The position numbers and the translations under genes were made by a program. Positions 38,980 to 52,000 of a stretch of DNA of 64,000 nucleotides are shown here, in pieces (positions within the stretch are counted from its first letter, which is position 1; each line of letters begins with the position of its first letter). A model generated the notes under the pieces. The model did not search any database. It saw nothing but the letters and a program-made list of their open reading frames with translations, and was not told the origin of the DNA. This stretch comes from the human T2T-CHM13v2.0 reference genome, Homo sapiens, in assembly GCF_009914755.1 (NCBI RefSeq), contig NC_060928.1; one strand, given 5' to 3'.

Positions 38980-41900
38980 GAAACACTCTTTTTGTAGAAT
39001 CTGCAAGTGGATATTTGGATAGCTTTGAGGATTTCGTTGGAAACGGGTTATCTTCATATTAAATCTAGACAGAAGCATTCTCAGAAACTTCTTTGTGCTG
39101 TATGTCCTCAATTCACAGAGTTGAACATTTGTTTGGATACAGCATTTTGGAAACATTCCTTTAGTAGAATCTGCAAGTTGATATTTAGATAGCTTTGAAG
39201 ATTTCGTTGGAAACGGGAATATCTTCATAAAAAATCTAGACGGAAGCATTGTCAGAAACTGCTTTGTGATGTTTGCATTCAAGTCACAGAGTTAAATATT
39301 CTTTTACAGAGCAGGTTTGAAACACTCTTTCTGCACTCCCTGGAAGTGGAGATTTCGAGCGCTTTGAGGCCTATGGTGAAAAAGGAAATATCTTCCCATA
39401 AAAACTAGACGGAAGCCTTCTCAGAAACTTGTTTGAGATGTGTGTATTCAACTAAGAGCATTGAACATTTCTTTTTGCAGAGCAGTTTTGAAACACTCAT
39501 TTTGTGGAATCTGAAAGTGGATAATTGGATAGCTTTGTGGATTTCGTTGGAAACGGGATGACGTATAAAATCTAGAGAGAAGCATTCTCAGGAACTTCTT
39601 TCTGATGTTTCCATTCAAGTCAAGAATTGAACATTCCTTTTCATAGTGCAGGTTTGAAACACTCTTTCTGTAGTATCTGGAAGTGGACATTTCAAGCGCT
39701 TTCAGTCCTATGGGGAGAAAGGAAATATCTTCAAATAAAAACTAGACAGAAGGATTCTCAGAAACTTATTGGTGATGTGTGTCCTAAACGAACACAGTTG
39801 AACCTTTGTTTTGATACAGCATTTTGGAAACACTCCCTTTGTAGAATCTGCAGGTGGATATTTGGATAGATTTTAAGATTTCGTTGGAAACGGGAATTTC
39901 TTCATATAAACTCAAGACAGATGCATTCTCAGAAACTTCTCTGTGATGTTTGCATTCCACTCATAGAGTTGAAAACTTCCTTTCATAGAGCAGGTTTGAA
40001 ACACTCTTTTTGTAATATTTGGAAGTGGACATTTGCAGCGCTTTGAGGCCTATGGTGAAAAAGGAAATATCTTCTCATAAAAACCAGAAACAAGCATTCT
40101 CAGAAACTTCTTTTTGATGTGTGTACTCAAGTAACAGAGTTGAACCTTCCTTTTGACACAGCAGTTTTGAAACAATCTTTTTGTAGAATCTGCAAGTGGA
40201 TATTTGGGTAGCTTTGAGGATTTCGTTGGAAACGGGATATCTTCATATAAAATCTAGACAGAAGCATTCTCAGAAACTTCTTTGTGCTGTATGTCCTCAA
40301 TTAACAGAGTTGAACCATTGCTTGGATACAGCATTTTGGAAATATTCCTTTAGTAGAATCTGCAAGTTGATATTTAGATAGATTTGAAGATTTCGTTGGA
40401 AACGGGAATATCTTCATATAAAATCTAGATGGAGGCATTCTCAGAAACTGCTTTGTGATGTTTCCATTCAAGTCACAGAGTTGAATATTCTCTTTTATAG
40501 AGCACGTTTGAAACACTCTTTCTGCACAATCTGGAAGTGGACATTTCGAGCGCTGTGAGGCCTATGGTGAAAAAGGAAATATCTTCCCATAAAAACTAGA
40601 CAGAAGCATTCTCAGAAACTTGTTTATGATGTGTGTATTCAACTAACAGACTTGAGCTTTGGTTTTTACAGTGCAGTTTTAAGACAATCTTTTTGTGGAA
40701 TCAGAAAGTGGATATTCGGATGGCTTTGAGGATTTCGTTGGAAGCGGGATTACATATAAAATCTAGAGAGAAGCATTCTCAGGAACTACTTTGTGATGTT
40801 TGCATTGAAGTCACAGAATTGAACATTCACTTTGATAGAGCAGGTTTGAAACACTCATTCTGTAGTATCTGGAAGCGGACAATTCAAGCGCTTTCAGGCC
40901 TATGGGGAGAAAGGAAATATCTTCAAATAAAAACTAGAGAGAAGCATCCTCAGAAACTAATATGTGATGTGTGTCCTCAACTAACAGAGTTGAAACTTTG
41001 TTTTGATACAGCATTTTGGAAACACTCTTTTTGTAGAATCTGCAGGTGGATATTTGGATAGCTTAGAGGGATTCGTTGGAAAGGGGATATCTTCATATAA
41101 AATCTAGACAGAAGCATTCTCAGAAACTTATTTGTGATGTGTGTCCTCAACTAACAGAGTTGAACCTTGGTTTTGATACAGCATTTTGGAAACACTCCTT
41201 TTGTAGAATCTGCATGTGGATATGTGGATAGCTTTGAAGATTTCGTTGGAAACGGGAATTTCTTCATATAAAATCAAACAGAAGCATTCTCAGAAACTTC
41301 TCTGTGATGTTTGCATTCAGCTCATGGAGTTGAACACTTCCTTTCATAGAGCAGCTTTGAAACCCTCTTTCTGCACTACCAGGAAGTGGACATTTCGAGC
41401 GCTTTGAGGCCTATGGTGAAAAAGGAAATATCTTCTCATAAAAACCAGAAAGAAGCGTTCTCAGAAACTTCTTTGTGTTGTGTGTACTCATGTAACAGTG
41501 TTGAACCATCCTTTTGACAGAGCAGTTTTGAAACACACTTTTTGTAGAATCTGCAAGTGGATATTTGGATAGCTTTGAGGATTTCGTTGGAAACGGGTTA
41601 TCTTCATATTAAATCTAGACAGAAGCATTCTCAGAAACTTCTTTGTGCTGTATGTCCTCAATTCACAGAGTTGAACCTTTGTTTGGATACAGCATTTTGG
41701 AAACATTCCTTTAGTAGAATCTGCAAGTTGATATTTAGATAGCTTTGAAGATTTCGTTGGAAACGGGAATATCTTCATAAAAAATCTAGACGGAAGCATT
41801 GTCAGAAACTGCTTTGTGATGTTTGCATTCAAGTCACAGAGTTAAATATTCTTTTACAGAGCAGGTTTGAAACACTCTTTCTGCACTCCCTGGAAGTGGA

Positions 41901-44900
41901 GATTTCGAGCGCTTTGAGGCCTATGGTGAAAAAGGAAATATCTTCCCATAAAAACTGGACGGAAGCCTTCTCAGAAACTTGTTTGAGATGTGTGTATTCA
42001 ACTAAGAGCATTGAACATTTCTTTTTGCAGAGCAGTTTTGAAACACTCATTTTGTGGAATCTGAAAGTGGATAATTGGATAGCTTTGTGGATTTCGTTGG
42101 AAACGGGATGACGTATAAAATCTAGAGAGAAGCATTCTCAGGAACTTCTTTCTGATGTTTCCATTCAAGTCAAGAATTGAACATTCCTTTTCATAGTGCA
42201 GGTTTGAAACACTCTTTCTGTAGTATCTGGAAGTGGACATTTCAAGCGCTTTCAGTCCTATGGGGAGAAAGGAAATATCTTCAAATAAAAACTAGACAGA
42301 AGGATTCTCAGAAACTTATTGGTGATGTGTGTCCTAAACGAACACAGTTGAACCTTTGTTTTGATACAGCATTTTGGAAACACTCCCTTTGTAGAATCTG
42401 CAGGTGGATATTTGGATAGATTTTAAGATTTCGTTGGAAACGGGAATTTCTTCATATAAACTCAAGACAGATGCATTCTCAGAAACTTCTCTGTGATGTT
42501 TGCATTCCACTCATAGAGTTGAAAACTTCCTTTCATAGAGCAGGTTTGAAACACTCTTTTTGTAATATTTGGAAGTGGACATTTGCAGCGCTTTGAGGCC
42601 TATGGTGAAAAAGGAAATATCTTCTCATAAAAACCAGAAACAAGCATTCTCAGAAACTTCTTTTTGATGTGTGTACTCAAGTAACAGAGTTGAACCTTCC
42701 TTTTGACACAGCAGTTTTGAAACAATCTTTTTGTAGAATCTGCAAGTGGATATTTGGGTAGCTTTGAGGATTTCGTTGGAAACGGGATATCTTCATATAA
42801 AATCTAGACAGAAGCATTCTCAGAAACTTCTTTGTGCTGTATGTCCTCAATTAACAGAGTTGAACCATTGCTTGGATACAGCATTTTGGAAATATTCCTT
42901 TAGTAGAATCTGCAAGTTGATATTTAGATAGATTTGAAGATTTCGTTGGAAACGGGAATATCTTCATATAAAATCTAGATGGAGGCATTCTCAGAAACTG
43001 CTTTGTGATGTTTCCATTCAAGTCACAGAGTTGAATATTCTCTTTTATAGAGCACGTTTGAAACACTCTTTCTGCACAATCTGGAAGTGGACATTTCGAG
43101 CGCTGTGAGGCCTATGGTGAAAAAGGAAATATCTTCCCATAAAAACTAGACAGAAGCATTCTCAGAAACTTGTTTATGATGTGTGTATTCAACTAACAGA
43201 CTTGAGCTTTGGTTTTTACAGTGCAGTTTTAAGACAATCTTTTTGTGGAATCAGAAAGTGGATATTCGGATGGCTTTGAGGATTTCGTTGGAAGCGGGAT
43301 TACATATAAAATCTAGAGAGAAGCATTCTCAGGAACTACTTTGTGATGTTTGCATTGAAGTCACAGAATTGAACATTCACTTTGATAGAGCAGGTTTGAA
43401 ACACTCATTCTGTAGTATCTGGAAGCGGACAATTCAAGCGCTTTCAGGCCTATGGGGAGAAAGGAAATATCTTCAAATAAAAACTAGAGAGAAGCATCCT
43501 CAGAAACTAATATGTGATGTGTGTCCTCAACTAACAGAGTTGAAACTTTGTTTTGATACAGCATTTTGGAAACACTCTTTTTGTAGAATCTGCAGGTGGA
43601 TATTTGGATAGCTTAGAGGGATTCGTTGGAAAGGGGATATCTTCATATAAAATCTAGACAGAAGTATTCTCAGAAACTTATTTGTGATGTGTGTCCTCAA
43701 CTAACAGAGTTGAACCTTGGTTTTGATACAGCATTTTGGAAACACTCCTTTTGTAGAATCTGCATGTGGATATGTGGATAGCTTTGAAGATTTCGTTGGA
43801 AACGGGAATTTCTTCATATAAAATCAAACAGAAGCATTCTCAGAAACTTCTCTGTGATGTTTGCATTCAGCTCATGGAGTTGAACACTTCCTTTCATAGA
43901 GCAGGTTTGAAACACTCTTTCTGCACTACCAGGAAGTGGACATTTCGAGCGCTTTGAGGCCTATGGTGAAAAAGGAAATATCTTCTCATAAAAACCAGAA
44001 AGAAGCGTTCTCAGAAACTTCTTTGTGTTGTGTGTACTCATGTAACAGTGTTGAACCATCCTTTTGACAGAGCAGTTTTGAAACACTCTTTTTGTAGAAT
44101 CTGCAAGTGGATATTTGGATAGCTTTAAGGATTTCGTTGGAAACGGGTTATCTTCATATTAAATCTAGACAGAAGCATTCTCAGAAACTTCTTTGTGCTG
44201 TATGTCCTCAATTCACAGAGTTGAACCTTTGTTTGGTTACAGCATTTTGGAAACATTCCTTTAGTAGAATCTGCAAGTTGATATTTAGATAGCTTTGAAT
44301 ATTTCGTTGGAAACGGGAATATCTTCATAAAAAATCTAGACGGAAGCATTGTCAGAAACTGCTTTGTGATGTTTGCATTCAAGTCACAGAGTTAAATATT
44401 CTTTTACAGAGCAGGTTTGAAACACTCTTTCTGCACTCCCTGGAAGTGGAGATTTCGAGCGCTTTGAGGCCTATGGTGAAAAAGGAAATATCTTCCCATA
44501 AAAACTAGACGGAAGCCTTCTCAGAAACTTGTTTGAGATGTGTGTATTCAACTAAGAGCATTGAACATTTCTTTTTGCAGAGCACTTTTGAAACACTCTT
44601 TTTGTGGAATCTGAAAGTGGATAATTGGATAGCTTTGTGGATTTCGTTGGAAACGGGATGACGTATAAAATCTAGAGAGAAGCATTCTCAGGAACTTCTT
44701 TCTGATGTTTCCATTCAAGTCACAGAATAGAACATTCCTTTTCATAGTGCAGGTTTGAAACACTCTTTTTGTAGTATCTGGAAGTGGACATTTCAAGCGC
44801 TTTCAGTCCTATGGGGAGAAAGGAAATATCTTCAAATAAAAACTAGACAGAAGGATTCTCAGAAACTTATTGGTGATGTGTGTCCTAAACGAACACAGTT

Positions 44901-45780
44901 GAACCTTTGTTTTGACACAGCATTTTGGAAACACTCCCTTTGTAGAATCTGCAGGTGGATATTTGGATAGATTTTAAGATTTCCTTGGAAACGGGAATTT
45001 CTTCATATAAACTCAAGACAGATGCATTCTCAGAAACTTCTCTGTGATGTTTGCATTCCACTCATAGAGTTGAAAACTTCCTTTCATAGAGCAGGTTTGA
45101 AACACTCTTTTTGTAATATTTGGAAGTGGACATTTGCAGCGCTTTGAGGCCTATGGTGAAAAAGGAAATATCTTCTCATAAAAACCAGAAACAAGCATTC
45201 TCAGAAACTTCTTTTTGATGTGTGTACTCAAGTAACAGAGTTGAACCTTCCTTTTGACACAGCAGTTTTGAAACAATCTTTTTGTAGAATCTGCAAGTGG
45301 ATATTTGGGTAGCTTTGAGGATTTCGTTGGAAACGGGATATCTTCATATAAAATCTAGACAGAAGCATTCTCAGAAACTTCTTTGTGCTGTATGTCCTCA
45401 ATTAACAGAGTTGAACCATTGCTTGGATACAGCATTTTGGAAACATTCCTTTAGTAGAATCTGCAAGTTGATATTTAGATAGATTTGAAGATTTCGTTGG
45501 AAACGGGAATATCTTCATATAAAATCTAGACGGAGGCATTCTCAGAAACTGCTTTGTGATGTTTCCATTCAAGTCACAGAGTTGAATATTCTCTTTTATA
45601 GAGCACGTTTGAAACACTCTTTCTGCACAATCTGGAAGTGGACATTTCGAGCGCTGTGAGGCCTATGGTGAAAAAGGAAATATCTTCCCATAAAAACTAG
45701 ACAGAAGCATTCTCAGAAACTTGTTTATGATGTGTGTATTCAACTAACAGACGTGAACTTTGGTTTTTACAGTGCAGTTT
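38980..45780 (+). repeat. HOR haplotype block C (about 3 diverged copies, two with a 1-bp deletion)
   Basis: Shared markers are GAGCATTG, TTTTGCAG, CTCAGGAAC in M8, TTCAGTCCTA, TTTGGGTAG, GCACAATC and ACAGTGCAG. The deletion (CAAGTCAAGAA) is at ~39622 and ~42172. Confidence 0.88.
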
Positions 45781-46049
45781 TAAGACAATCTTTTTGTGGA
45801 ATCAGAAAGTGGATATTCGGATGGCTTTGAGGACTTCGTTGGAAGCGGGATTACATATAAAATCTAGAGAGAAGCATTCTCAGGAACTACTTTGTGATGT
45901 TTGCATTGAAGTCACAGAATTGAACATTCACTTTGATAGAGCAGGTTTGAAACACTCATTCTGTAGTATCTGGAAGCGGACAATTCAAGCGCTTTCAGGC
46001 CTATGGGGAGAAAGGAAATATCTTCAAATAAAAACTAGAGAGAAGCATC

Positions 46050-49000
46050 CTCAGAAACTTATTTGTGATGTGTGTTCTCAACTAACAGAGTTGAAACTTT
46101 GTTTTGATACAGCATTTTGGAAACACTCTTTTTGTAGAATCTGCAGGTGGATATTTGGATAGCTTAGAGGGATTCGTTGGAAAGGGGATATCTTCATATA
46201 AAATCTAGACAGAAGCATTCTCAGAAACTTATTTGTGATGTGTGTCCTCAACTAACAGAGTGGAACCTTGGTTTTGATACAGCATTTTGGAAACACTCCT
46301 TTTGTAGAATCTGCAGGTGGATATGTGGATAGCTTTGAAGATTTCGTTGGAAACGGGAATTTCTTCATATAAAATCAAACAGAAGCATTCTCAGAAACTT
46401 CTCTGTGATGTTTGCATTCAGCTCATGGAGTTGAACACTTCCTTTCATAGAGCAGGTTTGAAACACTCTTTCTGCACTACCAGGAAGTGGACATTTCGAG
46501 CGCTTTGAGGCCTATGGTGAAAAAGGAAATATCTTCTCATAAAAACCAGAAAGAAGCGTTCTCAGAAACTTCTTTGTGTTGTGTGTACTCATGTAACAGT
46601 GTTGAAGCATCCTTTTGACAGAGCAGTTTTGAAACACTCTTTTTGTAGAATCTGCAAGTGGATATTTGGATAGCTTTGAGGATTTCGTTGGAAACGGGTT
46701 ATCTTCATATTAAATCTAGACAGAAGCATTCTCAGAAACTTCTTTGTGCTGTATGTCCTCAATTCACAGAGTTGAACCTTTGTTTGGATACAGCATTTTG
46801 GAAACATTCCTTTAGTAGAATCTGCAAGTTGATACTTAGATAGCTTTGAAGATTTCGTTGGAAACGGGAATATCTTCATAAAAAATCTAGACGGAAGCAT
46901 TGTCAGAAACTGCTTTGTGATGTTTGCATTCAAGTCACAGAGTTAAATATTCTTTTACAGAGCAGGTTTGAAACACTCTTTCTGCACTCCCTGGAAGTGG
47001 AGATTTCGAGCGCTTTGAGGCCTATGGTGAAAAAGGAAATATCTTCCCATAAAAACTAGACGGAAGCCTTCTCAGAAACTTGTTTGAGATGTGTGTATTC
47101 AACTAAGAGCGTTGAACATTTCTTTCTACAGAGCAGTTTTAAAACACTCTTTTTGTGGAATCTGAAAGTGGATAATTGGATAGCTTTGTGGATTTCGTTG
47201 GAAACGGGATTACGTATAAAATCTAGAGAGAAGCATTCTCAGAAACTTCTTTCTGATGTTTGCATTCAAGTCACAGAATTGAACATTCCTTTTCATAGTG
47301 CAGGTTTGAAACACTCTTTCTGTACTATCTGGAAGTGGACATTTCAAGCACTTTCAGGCCTATGGGGAGAAAGGAAATATCTTCAAATTAAAAACTAGAC
47401 AGAAGGATTCTCAGAAACTTATTGGTGATGTGTGTCCTAAACGAACACAGTTGAACCTTTGTTTTGATACAGCATTTTGGAAACACTCCCTTTGTAGAAT
47501 CTGCAGGTGGATATTTGGATAGATTTTAAGATTTCGTTGGAAACGGGAATTTCTTCATATAAACTCAAGACAGATGCATTCTCAGAAACTTCTCTGTGAT
47601 GTTTGCATTCCACTCATAGAGTTGAAAACTTCCTTTCATAGAGCAGGTTTGAAACACTCTTTTTGTAATATTTGGAAGTGGACATTTGCAGCGCTTTGAG
47701 GCCTATGGTGAAAAAGGAAATATCTTCTCATAAAAACCAGAAACAAGCATTCTCAGAAACTTCTTTTTGATGTGTGTACTCAAGTAACAGAGTTGAACCT
47801 TCCTTTTGGCACAGCAGTTTTGAAACAATCTTTTTGTAGAATCTGCAAGTGGATATTTGGATAGCTTTGAGGATTTCGTTGGAAACGGGATATCTTCATA
47901 TAAAATCTAGACAGAAGCATTCTCAGAAACTTCTTTGTGCCGTATGTCCTCAATTAACAGAGTTGAACCATTGCTTGGATACAGCATTTTGGAAACATTC
48001 CTTTAGTAGAATCTGCAAGTTGATATTTAGATAGATTTGAAGATTTCGTTGGAAACGGGAATATCTTCATATAAAATCTAGACGGAGGCATTCTCAGAAA
48101 CTGCTTTGTGATGTTTGCATTCAAGTCACAGAGTTGAATATTCTCTTTTATAGAGCACGTTTGAAACACTCGTTCTGCACTATCTGGAAGTGGACATTTC
48201 GAGCGCTTTGAGGCCTATGGTGAAAAAGGAAATATCTTCCCATAAAAACTAGACAGAAGCATTCTCAGAAACTTGTTTGTGATGTGTGTATTCAACTAAC
48301 AGACTTGAACTTTTGTTTTTACAGAGCAGTTTTAAGACAATCTTTTTGTGGAATCAGAAAGTGGATATTCGGATGGCTTTGAGGACTTCGTTGGAAGCGG
48401 GATTACATATAAAATCTAGAGAGAAGCATTCTCAGGAACTACTTTGTGATGTTTGCATTGAAGTCACAGAATTGAACATTCACTTTGATAGAGCAGGTTT
48501 GAAACACTCATTCTGTAGTATCTGGAAGCGGACAATTCAAGCGCTTTCAGGCCTATGGGGAGAAAGGAAATATCTTCAAATAAAAACTAGAGAGAAGCAT
48601 CCTCAGAAACTTATTTGTGATGTGTGTTCTCAACTAACAGAGTTGAAACTTTGTTTTGATACAGCATTTTGGAAACACTCTTTTTGTAGAATCTGCAGGT
48701 GGATATTTGGATAGCTTAGAGGGATTCGTTGGAAAGGGGATATCTTCATATAAAATCTAGACAGAAGCATTCTCAGAAACTTATTTGTGATGTGTGTCCT
48801 CAACTAACAGAGTGGAACCTTGGTTTTGATACAGCATTTTGGAAACACTCCTTTTGTAGAATCTGCAGGTGGATATGTGGATAGCTTTGAAGATTTCGTT
48901 GGAAACGGGAATTTCTTCATATAAAATCAAACAGAAGCATTCTCAGAAACTTCTCTGTGATGTTTGCATTCAGCTCATGGAGTTGAACACTTCCTTTCAT

Positions 49001-52000
49001 AGAGCAGGTTTGAAACACTCTTTCTGCACTACCAGGAAGTGGACATTTCGAGCGCTTTGAGGCCTATGGTGAAAAAGGAAATATCTTCTCATAAAAACCA
49101 GAAAGAAGCGTTCTCAGAAACTTCTTTGTGTTGTGTGTACTCATGTAACAGTGTTGAAGCATCCTTTTGACAGAGCAGTTTTGAAACACTCTTTTTGTAG
49201 AATCTGCAAGTGGATATTTGGATAGCTTTGAGGATTTCGTTGGAAACGGGTTATCTTCATATTAAATCTAGACAGAAGCATTCTCAGAAACTTCTTTGTG
49301 CTGTATGTCCTCAATTCACAGAGTTGAACCTTTGTTTGGATACAGCATTTTGGAAACATTCCTTTAGTAGAATCTGCAAGTTGATACTTAGATAGCTTTG
49401 AAGATTTCGTTGGAAACGGGAATATCTTCATAAAAAATCTAGACGGAAGCATTGTCAGAAACTGCTTTGTGATGTTTGCATTCAAGTCACAGAGTTAAAT
49501 ATTCTTTTACAGAGCAGGTTTGAAACACTCTTTCTGCACTCCCTGGAAGTGGAGATTTCGAGCGCTTTGAGGCCTATGGTGAAAAAGGAAATATCTTCCC
49601 ATAAAAACTAGACGGAAGCCTTCTCAGAAACTTGTTTGAGATGTGTGTATTCAACTAAGAGCGTTGAACATTTCTTTCTACAGAGCAGTTTTAAAACACT
49701 CTTTTTGTGGAATCTGAAAGTGGATAATTGGATAGCTTTGTGGATTTCGTTGGAAACGGGATTACGTATAAAATCTAGAGAGAAGCATTCTCAGAAACTT
49801 CTTTCTGATGTTTGCATTCAAGTCACAGAATTGAACATTCCTTTTCATAGTGCAGGTTTGAAACACTCTTTCTGTACTATCTGGAAGTGGACATTTCAAG
49901 CACTTTCAGGCCTATGGGGAGAAAGGAAATATCTTCAAATTAAAAACTAGACAGAAGGATTCTCAGAAACTTATTGGTGATGTGTGTCCTAAACGAACAC
50001 AGTTGAACCTTTGTTTTGATACAGCATTTTGGAAACACTCCCTTTGTAGAATCTGCAGGTGGATATTTGGATAGATTTTAAGATTTCGTTGGAAACGGGA
50101 ATTTCTTCATATAAACTCAAGACAGATGCATTCTCAGAAACTTCTCTGTGATGTTTGCATTCCACTCATAGAGTTGAAAACTTCCTTTCATAGAGCAGGT
50201 TTGAAACACTCTTTTTGTAATATTTGGAAGTGGACATTTGCAGCGCTTTGAGGCCTATGGTGAAAAAGGAAATATCTTCTCATAAAAACCAGAAACAAGC
50301 ATTCTCAGAAACTTCTTTTTGATGTGTGTACTCAAGTAACAGAGTTGAACCTTCCTTTTGGCACAGCAGTTTTGAAACAATCTTTTTGTAGAATCTGCAA
50401 GTGGATATTTGGATAGCTTTGAGGATTTCGTTGGAAACGGGATATCTTCATATAAAATCTAGACAGAAGCATTCTCAGAAACTTCTTTGTGCCGTATGTC
50501 CTCAATTAACAGAGTTGAACCATTGCTTGGATACAGCATTTTGGAAACATTCCTTTAGTAGAATCTGCAAGTTGATATTTAGATAGATTTGAAGATTTCG
50601 TTGGAAACGGGAATATCTTCATATAAAATCTAGACGGAGGCATTCTCAGAAACTGCTTTGTGATGTTTGCATTCAAGTCACAGAGTTGAATATTCTCTTT
50701 TATAGAGCACGTTTGAAACACTCGTTCTGCACTATCTGGAAGTGGACATTTCGAGCGCTTTGAGGCCTATGGTGAAAAAGGAAATATCTTCCCATAAAAA
50801 CTAGACAGAAGCATTCTCAGAAACTTGTTTGTGATGTGTGTATTCAACTAACAGACTTGAACTTTTGTTTTTACAGAGCAGTTTTAAGACAATCTTTTTG
50901 TGGAATCAGAAAGTGGATATTCGGATGGCTTTGAGGACTTCGTTGGAAGCGGGATTACATATAAAATCTAGAGAGAAGCATTCTCAGGAACTACTTTGTG
51001 ATGTTTGCATTGAAGTCACAGAATTGAACATTCACTTTGATAGAGCAGGTTTGAAACACTCATTCTGTAGTATCTGGAAGCGGACAATTCAAGCGCTTTC
51101 AGGCCTATGGGGAGAAAGGAAATATCTTCAAATAAAAACTAGAGAGAAGCATCCTCAGAAACTTATTTGTGATGTGTGTTCTCAACTAACAGAGTTGAAA
51201 CTTTGTTTTGATACAGCATTTTGGAAACACTCTTTTTGTAGAATCTGCAGGTGGATATTTGGATAGCTTAGAGGGATTCGTTGGAAAGGGGATATCTTCA
51301 TATAAAATCTAGACAGAAGCATTCTCAGAAACTTATTTGTGATGTGTGTCCTCAACTAACAGAGTGGAACCTTGGTTTTGATACAGCATTTTGGAAACAC
51401 TCCTTTTGTAGAATCTGCAGGTGGATATGTGGATAGCTTTGAAGATTTCGTTGGAAACGGGAATTTCTTCATATAAAATCAAACAGAAGCATTCTCAGAA
51501 ACTTCTCTGTGATGTTTGCATTCAGCTCATGGAGTTGAACACTTCCTTTCATAGAGCAGGTTTGAAACACTCTTTCTGCACTACCAGGAAGTGGACATTT
51601 CGAGCGCTTTGAGGCCTATGGTGAAAAAGGAAATATCTTCTCATAAAAACCAGAAAGAAGCGTTCTCAGAAACTTCTTTGTGTTGTGTGTACTCATGTAA
51701 CAGTGTTGAAGCATCCTTTTGACAGAGCAGTTTTGAAACACTCTTTTTGTAGAATCTGCAAGTGGATATTTGGATAGCTTTGAGGATTTCGTTGGAAACG
51801 GGTTATCTTCATATTAAATCTAGACAGAAGCATTCTCAGAAACTTCTTTGTGCTGTATGTCCTCAATTCACAGAGTTGAACCTTTGTTTGGATACAGCAT
51901 TTTGGAAACATTCCTTTAGTAGAATCTGCAAGTTGATACTTAGATAGCTTTGAAGATTTCGTTGGAAACGGGAATATCTTCATAAAAAATCTAGACGGAA

